From Candidatus Limnocylindria bacterium (GTDB lineage Bacteria > Chloroflexota > Limnocylindria > QHBO01): 35,008 nucleotides of DNA. Below the pieces are notes generated by a model. The model was given only the letters and a program-made list of their open reading frames with translations. It was not told where the DNA came from and made no database searches. Location: NCBI GenBank assembly GCA_036560125.1, contig DATBRW010000015.1, positions 1 to 35,008 on the forward strand, read 5' to 3'. The position numbers and the translations under genes were made by a program. Positions 15,699-23,201 of this stretch are shown piece after piece (within the stretch, counting starts at the first letter, position 1; every line of letters begins with the position of its first letter).

Positions 15699-16591
15699 CT
15701 GTCCGCCTCGCCGGTGCGCTGATCGGTCCAGAAGGGCTGGAAGGACGCCCACCACTGATCCGGTGCCTCGCCGATGGCCGCTTCGAAGCGTGCCGCCAGG
15801 GCGGCGGTCAGGGCCGCCACGTCCTGGTCGACCTGGCCCGTACGCGGCGCCTCCACCAGCTCGGCGCGGACGGCGAAGCGCTCCGGTGCGGTGCGCAGCA
15901 CGCGCGCCATCATCAAGGGTCGCTTGGTGCGCAGCGCCAGCGTGGCTGGGCCGGCCGGCAGAGTGGTGGCGTGACCGAACATGGTGACCGGGACGCCATC
16001 GGCGGTCAGGTCACGGTCGGCGATCAGCGCCACCAGGTCGCCGCCCCGCAACGCGGCCAGCATCGGCCGGTACGAGCGGGAGAGCGGCACCACCTCCACC
16101 TTGCCGCTGGCGCGTCGGGCGCGCAGGAAGTCGAACAGCTCGGGCGGGTCCGTCTCCTCGACCGGCGCCACGGCGCGCAGGCCATGCGCGACGATGAAAT
16201 GGCCGTACGGCTCGAAGTTGCCCAGGTGCGGCAGCGCGATCACCGCTCCGCCGCGCAGCACCGGGAGCCAATGCTCCCAATCGTCGACGTGGATGATGTC
16301 GGGGATCTGCTCGGCGCGGTAATACGGGGAGCGGAGCATCTCCAGCCAGTAGCGCGCGTGGTTCACGAAGGCGCGCCGCACCATCCCGCGAATGGCGCGG
16401 TCGGAGGTCGGCCGCCCGGTGGCAGTCGCCACCCGCAGCAGGTTTTCCGCCACCAGCGCGCGGCGCCCCGGCGCCATGCGGTACCACACTCGGCCGCCCA
16501 GGTCGGCAAGCGCATAGGCAGCGCCGCGCGGCAGCGAGCGCGCCACCGCCTCGGCGACCTGCAGTCCCAGGCGCAGTGCGGTGCCTCGCAT
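15695..16591 (-). CDS. LpxL/HtrB-family lipid acyltransferase, PatA (PIM acyltransferase)-like, copy 2
   Basis: 298 aa. HtrB-like layout with the motif IALPHLGNFE (HxxxxE). It lies in the position of patA between pgsA1 and pimA as in mycobacteria. Confidence 0.8.
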   Translation of the reverse strand: MRGTALRLGLQVAEAVARSLPRGAAYALADLGGRVWYRMAPGRRALVAENLLRVATATGRPTSDRAIRGMVRRAFVNHARYWLEMLRSPYYRAEQIPDIIHVDDWEHWLPVLRGGAVIALPHLGNFEPYGHFIVAHGLRAVAPVEETDPPELFDFLRARRASGKVEVVPLSRSYRPMLAALRGGDLVALIADRDLTADGVPVTMFGHATTLPAGPATLALRTKRPLMMARVLRTAPERFAVRAELVEAPRTGQVDQDVAALTAALAARFEAAIGEAPDQWWASFQPFWTDQRTGEADR

Positions 16592-16595
16592 CCGT

Positions 16596-17585
16596 CTAAC
16601 CGGCGGCCGCCCGGGTCCAGTCCTCGCCGCGCCGCGCCATCTCGAGCGCAGCGCGCGCCCGCTCGCGTGCCTCCGGCGTTTGCGGCCAGATCGGGCGGAA
16701 CATGTACCACTGGCCCGGATCGGCGGTTATCACGGTGCCCAGCTCGTCAGCCAGCGCCTGGGTGGCGCGGAAGATCTCGGCCGGCTCCTCGCTCGACGCC
16801 CGGATCAGCGGCAGGCCGCGCGCCGCGAAGCGGTCGCCGGTGGTGCGATAGCAGGCGACCGGCAGCATCGGCGCACCCGAGCGAGCCGATAGCGTCGCCG
16901 GCCCGGTCGGGAAGGTGGTGGGCTCACCCAGGAACTCGACCGGCACGTCGCCGGGCCGATACCCCCCGTCGCAGAAGAGCACCAGGTTCTCGCGGGCTCG
17001 CAAGGCCTTGAACAGGCCGCGCAGGTTGCGCCAGCCGATGAGCGTCAGGCCATGCCGCGCCCGCACCGCCTTGAGGTGGTCGTACAGGCGTCCATACGTC
17101 GTGTCGTCGGCGATGACGTGCAACTCCTGGGCATGCATCTTCAGCGCCGGAGCGATGACGTCCATGCCGCCCACGTGCACCGTGCAGAGCAGCACGCCCT
17201 TCTCGTCGGCGCGGGCCTCCCACAGGAGCTCGATGTTGTCGATGTCGACGAGGGCGCCAACGTCGTCCGGCCTCTCGTCGGCCAGACGCATCATGTCGGC
17301 CAGGTAGCGGGCGTAGTTGCGGAACGAGCGTCGCGCCGCGCGACCGACCTTCGGATGGCTGGCGGGCAGGCGCATGGCGCGGGCCAGGTTGTCGCGCACC
17401 ACGTCCTGCTTATCACCGGCCAGGTCGTAGGCCAGGTTGCCCGCCGCGGCGGCCACCGGCAGCACGAAGCCGCGGGGGAGCGCGCCGATGGCGGTCTCGC
17501 CGGCCCGATAGGCCCAGAAAGCCAGCCGTTCGCGGGTGCGCTCGCCGGCGTGCGGCTGCACCGCCGCACCCGCGGTCATCCGCAT
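16596..17585 (-). CDS. LpxL/HtrB-family lipid acyltransferase, PatA-like, copy 1
   Basis: 329 aa. Same family, with LLCTVHVGGMD (HxxxxD motif). It lies 4 nt upstream of its paralog. Confidence 0.8.
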   Translation of the reverse strand: MRMTAGAAVQPHAGERTRERLAFWAYRAGETAIGALPRGFVLPVAAAAGNLAYDLAGDKQDVVRDNLARAMRLPASHPKVGRAARRSFRNYARYLADMMRLADERPDDVGALVDIDNIELLWEARADEKGVLLCTVHVGGMDVIAPALKMHAQELHVIADDTTYGRLYDHLKAVRARHGLTLIGWRNLRGLFKALRARENLVLFCDGGYRPGDVPVEFLGEPTTFPTGPATLSARSGAPMLPVACYRTTGDRFAARGLPLIRASSEEPAEIFRATQALADELGTVITADPGQWYMFRPIWPQTPEARERARAALEMARRGEDWTRAAAG

Positions 17586-17615
17586 AGCGGCATGCGGCTG
17601 GTTGTCGGCATCAGC

Positions 17616-18838
17616 TCAGCCGACGCTGGCGGCCGCCTTCGGGCTGCTTGCCAGCTTGCGCAGCTTCCTGCGCTCCGGAGCCTGGCTGCCGTCCAATGTC
17701 TCGTTGTCATCGCCGCGGATGAAGGCCTCCACCCGGTTGTAGGCGACATCGTCGTGGATCTGGAGCGGCGGCGACTTCATGAAATACGAAGATGGCGCGA
17801 CCAGGGTGCCGGCCAGGCCGCGGTCGAGGCCGAGCTTGGCGCAGCGGATGGCATCGGTGATGACGCCGGCGCTGTTCGGCGAATCCCAGACCTCGAGCTT
17901 CAGCTCCAGATTGAGCGGCACGTCACCGTAGGTCGTGCCCTCCATCCGGATGTGGCACCACTTGCGGTCCTTGAGCCACGGCACGTAGTCGGAGGGACCA
18001 ACGTGCACATCGTCGTCGCCGATCTCGTAGTCGAGCATGGAGGTGACCGCGTTGGTCTTGCTGATCTTCTTTGACTCCAGTCGCTCGCGCTCCAGCATGT
18101 TCAGGAAGTCGGTGTTGCCGCCGAAGTTCAGCTGGTAGGTGCGATCGATCCGCACGCCGCGATCCATGAAGAGGCGGGTCAGCACGCGGTGCGTGATGGT
18201 GGCGCCGACCTGGCTCTTGATGTCGTCGCCGATGATCGGCAGGCCCTTCTTGGCGAAGCGGCGCTGCCAGTACGGCTCGCGGCCGATGAAGACCGGGATG
18301 GCGTTGACGAAGGCCACGCCCGCCTGCAGCGCCTGCTCGACGTACCACTTGGTCGCCTCCTCGCTGCCGACCGGCAGGTAGGAGACCATGACGTCGACCT
18401 TGCGGTCCTTCAGGATGCCGACCACGTCGGCCGTCGGGCCGGGAGCCTTCTCGATCACCTGGCTCAGGTACTTGCCCAGGCCGTCGTGCGTCATGCCGCG
18501 CTCCACGGGGACGCCCAGGTTCGGCACGTCGGTGAACTTGAAGGTGTTGTTCTGCCCTGCCCAGATCGCCTCCGAGAGGTCCTTGCCGACCTTCTCCTTG
18601 TCGACGTCGAAGGCGGCCACGAACTCGATGTCGCGGATGTGGTAGCCGCCCAGGTTGACGTGCATCAGGCCGGGGACGAAGTCGGTCTCCTTGGCGTTCT
18701 CGTAGTAGTGGCGGCCCTGCACCAGGCTCAGGCGCAGTTGCCCACCCCCACGATCGCCACCCGGATCTTGCCGTCCGAGGCGCGGTGCCCGTTGCTCGCA
18801 TGCTTGCCGTTGGCGGTCTTGCCGTTTCCGTCAGCCAC
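17616..18838 (-). pseudogene. ino1: myo-inositol-1-phosphate synthase (ino1), reading frame interrupted by an apparent 1-nt deletion near 18727-18729; the largest intact ORF is 17616..18722
   Basis: ORF 17616..18722 is colinear with actinobacterial Ino1 from ...LVQG.HYY onward ([43 protein letters not shown]). The preceding Rossmann motif [13 protein letters not shown] lies in another frame (ORF 18728..19009) and ends at TGA 18730-18728. The junction reads GGC AAC TGC GCC TG AGC CTG GTG CAG, one base short of GNCA-S-SLVQG. GTG 18838, just after the pgsA stop, is a possible true start. Confidence 0.8.
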
Positions 18839-18839
18839 C

Positions 18840-19535
18840 CTATTCGCTCTCCTTTGGTGTGTTTGCGGTCGTGGTTGCTCCCTGGGGCGCGCCCGAGGTG
18901 AGCTGGTAGACGTGCCGGATTCGCTGCACCGTGGTCGCCACGGCCAGGATCGAGATGATTGCGAGTGCGCCGATGAGGGCCCAGTCGAAGCCGAAGCCCG
19001 CCAGGGCAATGCCTAGCACGATCAGCACCAGGCGCTCGACGCGCGACGCGAGGCCAACCTCCGCGGAGAGGCCGAGGCCCTCCGCGCGAGCCCGCGAGTA
19101 GCTGACCAGGAACGAGCCCGTGAGGGCGACCATGGCCAACAGCACGGGAATCGTCGGGTCGTCGCTCGACAGCAGGAAGTAGGCAGCCACGCCGCCATAC
19201 AGGATCGCCTCAGCTGCGCGATCGAGGGTCGAGTCGAAGAACGCGCCGAACGGCGAGGTACCGCCGCTGGCGCGCGCCAGCGAGCCGTCCACCGCGTCCA
19301 GCGCCGAGCCGAAGCCCAACAGCACGGCGCCGATCAGCAGGTTGCCGGTTCCCACCAGGATGGCGGCGGCGATGACGATCAACAGGCCGAAGACCGTCAC
19401 CATGTTGGCGGTGATATGGAGCGCGAGTGCCAGCCGCACGATCGGCGACAGCAGGGCGCGGCCCGCCTGCTTGGTGCGGGTCGACAGGATGGAGGTGCCG
19501 CGCGGCACGTCCTTCGTCTGCGGATGGCTAGACAT
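18840..19535 (-). CDS. pgsA1: CDP-alcohol phosphatidyltransferase, phosphatidylinositol-phosphate synthase-like
   Basis: Motif DAVDGSLARASGGTSPFGAFFDSTLDR matches D-x2-DG-x2-AR-x8-G-x3-D-x3-D. Polytopic, 231 aa. Adjacent to ino1, patA-like and pimA genes as in the mycobacterial PI/PIM locus. Confidence 0.85.
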   Translation of the reverse strand: MSSHPQTKDVPRGTSILSTRTKQAGRALLSPIVRLALALHITANMVTVFGLLIVIAAAILVGTGNLLIGAVLLGFGSALDAVDGSLARASGGTSPFGAFFDSTLDRAAEAILYGGVAAYFLLSSDDPTIPVLLAMVALTGSFLVSYSRARAEGLGLSAEVGLASRVERLVLIVLGIALAGFGFDWALIGALAIISILAVATTVQRIRHVYQLTSGAPQGATTTANTPKESE

Positions 19536-19887
19536 TGGTGGCCTCCGAGCCGGCGGATGACGGAGCCAGGTCGATGCCGGCGGTGCCGGACACCAGGCGC
19601 GCCTCGGCCTCGTGCAGCTCCTCGAACGCGGCCAGGCGCAGCTTGCAGATCACCTCACGCCCCTGGCGCTTGGTGTCGATCAGCGCGGCCAGCCGCAGGA
19701 TCCGCAAGTGCCAGCTGATGAGAGGCTGCGAAAGCCCGACGCGGGCCGACAGCGTCTTGACCGGCACGGGTCCGAGCTCGGCCATGAGCCCGATCATGCG
19801 CAGCCGGGTCTCGTCGCCAAGCGCCCGGTACAGGGTTCGCAGGCGACGCAGGTCTCGCTCGCCGGCGGTGGTGCGGGGGATGGTCAT
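19528..19887 (-). CDS. ArsR/SmtB-family transcriptional regulator
   Basis: Winged-HTH region YRALGDETRLRMIGLMAELGPVPVKTLSARVGLSQPLISWHLRILRLAALIDTKRQGREVICKL. ATG 19887 is preferred over the ORF-track TTG 19908. No obvious metal-binding Cys motif. The 3' end overlaps the pgsA1 start by 8 nt. Confidence 0.85.
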   Translation of the reverse strand: MTIPRTTAGERDLRRLRTLYRALGDETRLRMIGLMAELGPVPVKTLSARVGLSQPLISWHLRILRLAALIDTKRQGREVICKLRLAAFEELHEAEARLVSGTAGIDLAPSSAGSEATNV

Positions 19888-19916
19888 GTCGTAGCGGTTC
19901 TTTATCAAATGCGGAT

Positions 19917-19940
19917 TGATATAAGCGGACGCTTATGATA
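19917..19940. promoter_or_regulatory. Palindromic operator candidate (ArsR-type 12-2-12-like inverted repeat)
   Basis: The perfect core ATAAGCG-GA-CGCTTAT (19921-19936) extends imperfectly to TTGATATAAGCG GA CGCTTATGATAT. It overlaps the -10 element and the predicted transcription start of the arsR-family promoter. Confidence 0.45.
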
Positions 19941-19963
19941 TCGACGTGCTCGGGACACGTCAA
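19935..19963 (-). promoter_or_regulatory. Promoter candidate for the ArsR-PI/PIM operon (TTGACG-N17-TATCAT)
   Basis: On the minus strand: -35 TTGACG (19963-19958), a 17-nt spacer, and -10 TATCAT (19940-19935), in one of the few AT-rich patches of the window. Confidence 0.5.
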
Positions 19964-20080
19964 GGCCGGTGCTAGACTGCGGCCCGCCAAGCCCCGCTGC
20001 GGCATCGCTGCCACCGGAGGAGGTGCATCCTGACCAGCTCCACGCCGGACGCCCTCTGGGCGTCGCGGTCGGTCCGGCTG

Positions 20081-20830
20081 ATGCGCCCGGCGGCGGTGGT
20101 GACGACGGGCCTGCGCCTGTCGGCGCGTGGCACCAGGGTGCTGGACGGGGTGGACCTGCGGGTACCGGTCGGGGCACGCCTGCTGCTGGTGTCGGAACCG
20201 GATGACGCCGCCTCGTTGCTCCTGCGCATCCTGGCCGGACTGGTGCGCCCGTCCGCCGGCTCCTTCGACCTGGCCGGCGTGCCGCACGCCAACGATGCCG
20301 ATGCGGGCTGGCGACGGCGGATTGGCTACGTGAGCGGCGAGCGAGGCTTCTATCCGTGGCTTTCGCCACGCGAGGTGCTGGACCTGGCGGGGCGCCTGGC
20401 CGATTACGACCGGGCGGAGCGGGGGCGGCGCATCGATGCCGCCGTCGAGCTGTACCGGCTCGGGCCGGGGCTCGACAAGCCGGTCTCGCGTGGTGGTCCG
20501 GCCCTGGCCCAGCGCGTTTCGCTGGCCGCGGCCATGCTCACCGATCCAGAGGTGCTGCTCCTTGACGACCCGCTGCGCTCGCTGGAGCCCGCCGAACGGG
20601 CCCGACTCCTGGATGTTCCAGGCGACCGGCGGACGGTGGTGCTGGCCAGTCGCTACCCGGCCAGCGAGGAGGGCCTGGTCAACGAGGTCGCCCTGCTGCT
20701 GAACGGGCGCCTCTCCATTCACGCCCGCCGCGAGGACCTGGCGGAACGCGGCCTCCCGCTCACCCTGCGCGGGATCGCGAGCCTGGCCGTGATGCGGCCA
20801 CCAGCCGTGCCGCGGGCGGCGGGCGCGTGA
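20081..20830 (+). CDS. ABC-transporter NBD-like protein with degenerate catalytic motifs (probable pseudo-ATPase)
   Basis: The ABC fold is recognisable (LRLSARGTRVLDGVDLRVPVGARLLLV...GLVRPSAGSFDLAG...IGYVS...). Walker A is replaced by SEPDDAASL, the signature is VSRGGPALAQR, Walker B is LLLDDP (Glu to Asp), and the H-loop His is replaced (LASRY). The start is uncertain: a strong GGAGGAGG at 20017-20024 has only CTG 20030 in frame. Confidence 0.75.
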   Translation: MRPAAVVTTGLRLSARGTRVLDGVDLRVPVGARLLLVSEPDDAASLLLRILAGLVRPSAGSFDLAGVPHANDADAGWRRRIGYVSGERGFYPWLSPREVLDLAGRLADYDRAERGRRIDAAVELYRLGPGLDKPVSRGGPALAQRVSLAAAMLTDPEVLLLDDPLRSLEPAERARLLDVPGDRRTVVLASRYPASEEGLVNEVALLLNGRLSIHARREDLAERGLPLTLRGIASLAVMRPPAVPRAAGA

Positions 20831-21561
20831 GGCGCTTTGGCACCGTCGCCGGGCTTGCCCTGCGCGAGCTGTGGATCAGCTTCCGGCTGCTGCTGGTGGT
20901 GGGTGTCCTGATCGTGGCGGCGGTACCGAGCGCCATGCTGCCGCACACCACCCCCGCGCTCGCCACCACGCCGCTGGAATCGCCGCTCGAATGGTTCGCG
21001 ATCGGTCTGGCGCTGGCGCTGGGCGTGGTCGGCGGGATGGCGGCCTCCGCGCTCTCCCTGGAGCGACGCCGCGGCTCGGCCGGTTGGCTGGTGATCCGCG
21101 CCGTGCCGCGCAGGGTGGTCCTGCTGGGCTGGTTCGCGGCCTTCGTGCTGCTGCTGGTGGTCGGCCTGCTGCCAGGGGCCATGCTGGTGTGGCTGACCGT
21201 CGCGGCGCCGGCCAGCGACGTGGGCGACGCCTGGCCGTTCCTGGCGCCAGTGATCGGCGCCTGCGCCGCCGGGGCTGCGGCCGTGGCGATCGGCCTGCTG
21301 CTGGGAGCGCTGCTCACTCCGTGGCCCGCCGGGCTGCTGACCGTGCTGGTCACCGCCGGGCTCCTGCTCGTCGCAGTGCTGGGATTGGCGCCCCAGCTCG
21401 CCGCCGCCCCGGCACCCGGCGCGGGCCTCGCGATCCTAGGCGACCTGCCCAACCAGGCACGGCCGGTGGCCGATGCGCTGCGCGCCAGCGGCAGCTCGCT
21501 GGTGGTAGCGGCCGTGGCACTCGTGCTGGCCATCGCGGCGCTGGGACGCGCCGACCTGTGA
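20827..21561 (+). CDS. ABC-2-like integral membrane (permease) protein
   Basis: GTGA overlap with the NBD-like gene. Six predicted TM helices and an LSLERRRGSAGWLVIRAVPRRVVLLGWF segment resembling the E-x-x-x-GT...P-x-x-R motif of ABC-2 permeases. Confidence 0.65.
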   Translation: MRRFGTVAGLALRELWISFRLLLVVGVLIVAAVPSAMLPHTTPALATTPLESPLEWFAIGLALALGVVGGMAASALSLERRRGSAGWLVIRAVPRRVVLLGWFAAFVLLLVVGLLPGAMLVWLTVAAPASDVGDAWPFLAPVIGACAAGAAAVAIGLLLGALLTPWPAGLLTVLVTAGLLLVAVLGLAPQLAAAPAPGAGLAILGDLPNQARPVADALRASGSSLVVAAVALVLAIAALGRADL

Positions 21562-23201
21562 GCGCCAAGCCGACCCTGCCCATGCACCCGGCCGCCGCCT
21601 GGGCGGTGCTGGTGGTCGCCTCGCTGGGTGTGTTCCTGGGCGGCGTCGAACTGATGGTGGTGGCCATTGCGCTGCCCGCGATCGTGACCGACTTCGGCGG
21701 CTGGGCCAGCCTGGCGCGTGCCTCGTGGATCGTGAACGCGTACCTGCTGGCCTACATCGTGGCCATGCCACTCGCCGGCCGCGCGGCGGACCTGTGGGGC
21801 GCCCGTCGTCTGTACGTGGTGGCCATTGGCCTGTTCTGCATCGGCAGCCTGGGAGCAGGACTGAGCCGCTCCGCCGGCCCCGACACGGGCCTGGACTGGC
21901 TGATAGTGTCGCGCGTGGTGCAGGGCTTCGGCGGCGGCGCCATGGTGCCGCTGTCGATGGCGCTGGCCAGTCACCTGTTCGTTGGGCGGTCGCGTGCCGC
22001 CGCCCTGGGACTGGAGGGAGCCGCAACCTACATCGGCATGGCGATCGGGCCCGCGTACGCGGCCTGGGTGCTGCTCAGCTTCAACCTGCCGTTGCCGGGC
22101 GTGGACCTGGCCTCGTGGCAGTGGATCTTCTTCCTGAACGTGCCGGCCGGCATCATCACCCTGCTGCTGATCTACGTCGTGGCCGGCGGCGTGGAAACGC
22201 CACGCACGCCGGGACGCATCGACCTGTTCGGTGCGCTGCTGATCAGCCTGGCGCTGGTGTCGGGGATCGGCGCCCTGACTCTCGCCGGCGAGCGCGGTTG
22301 GACCGATCCGGTGATCCTGGGCGCCTTCGCCGTGGCGGCGGCCAGCCTGCTGGCCTTCGTGTTCGTGGAGCGGCGGCTGCGCGCGCCGCTGATCGACCCG
22401 CGGCTGTTCGGCAACCGCAGCTTCTCCGCCTCGAACGCGGTGAGCCTGCTGACCGGCTACACCCTGGCGACCGCCATCATCGGCGGGCCGGTGTTCGTCA
22501 ACCGGGTGCTGAATCTGGGCGCCGATCAATCGGCCCTGGCGCTGACCGCCCTGACCGCGGCGATCGCGGTGGGGGCGGTGGTTGGCGGCCTGCTGTCGGC
22601 CATTGGTGGCGAACGGCTGACCGCCGTGCTCGGCGTCGCGCTGAGTGCGGTGGGGCTGTACCTGGCGACCGGGTGGGGGACCGAGACCGGAGTGGATCGG
22701 CTGGCGCGCGACCTGGCCATCTTCGGCGGCGGCTTCGGGCTGACGGTGTCACCGCGGGCGACGGCCGCGGTCGAGGCGGCCGGGGCATCGGCCTATGGTG
22801 TGGCGAGTGCGATGCTGCAGATCACGCGCACGGTCGGCATGAGCGTGGGACTGGCGCTGTTGACCAGCATCGGCCAGAACCGCATCAACGACCTGACCGC
22901 CCTGATCAACGACGACGCCCGGCGCGACGCGCTGGTCACCACGCTCGGTCACCCCGAGTTCGTGGGCGTCGACCCTCGCGAGAGCCTGCAGCTGGTCAAT
23001 CTGCTCGAGGAGTGGTCTCGCACCGAAGCGGCGGACGTGCTGCGGCTGGTGCTGACCATCGCCATGGTGGTGGCGGTGGCAACGATCCTGCCGGCGCTGA
23101 TGGTCGGAGCGCGACGGCCGGCGGACGGCGTGGGCGCGGAGGACGAGGACTACTCGACCGGGTCGGCCACGACCACCAGCTCGCCCCAGTTGCGGTTGTA
23201 G
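21558..23201 (+). CDS. MFS transporter, DHA2 (EmrB/QacA-like, 14-TMS) family
   Basis: The GTG at 21558 overlaps the upstream stop (GTGA); the alternative is ATG 21582. Motifs: LGVFLGGVELMVVAIALPAIVTDFG, NAYLLAYIVAMPLAGRAADLWGARRLY (MFS motif A-like GRxxDxxGxR), VVQGFGGGAMVPL. The ORF-track entry 20871..23201 is a run-through. Confidence 0.85.
   Translation: MSAKPTLPMHPAAAWAVLVVASLGVFLGGVELMVVAIALPAIVTDFGGWASLARASWIVNAYLLAYIVAMPLAGRAADLWGARRLYVVAIGLFCIGSLGAGLSRSAGPDTGLDWLIVSRVVQGFGGGAMVPLSMALASHLFVGRSRAAALGLEGAATYIGMAIGPAYAAWVLLSFNLPLPGVDLASWQWIFFLNVPAGIITLLLIYVVAGGVETPRTPGRIDLFGALLISLALVSGIGALTLAGERGWTDPVILGAFAVAAASLLAFVFVERRLRAPLIDPRLFGNRSFSASNAVSLLTGYTLATAIIGGPVFVNRVLNLGADQSALALTALTAAIAVGAVVGGLLSAIGGERLTAVLGVALSAVGLYLATGWGTETGVDRLARDLAIFGGGFGLTVSPRATAAVEAAGASAYGVASAMLQITRTVGMSVGLALLTSIGQNRINDLTALINDDARRDALVTTLGHPEFVGVDPRESLQLVNLLEEWSRTEAADVLRLVLTIAMVVAVATILPALMVGARRPADGVGAEDEDYSTGSATTTSSPQLRL

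Noticed and set aside
15971-18074. Plus-strand ORFs 15971..17011 and 17052..18074, antisense to the acyltransferase and ino1 genes
   Set aside because: No motifs and biased composition. The opposite strand encodes well-conserved families with consistent operon structure.
20017-20080. Longer N-terminus for the degenerate NBD, using the strong GGAGGAGG at 20017-20024
   Set aside because: In the NBD frame the only nearby initiator-like codon is CTG 20030. GTG 20023 is out of frame. ATG 20081 is kept as the working start and the uncertainty is flagged. The choice does not affect the missing Walker A.
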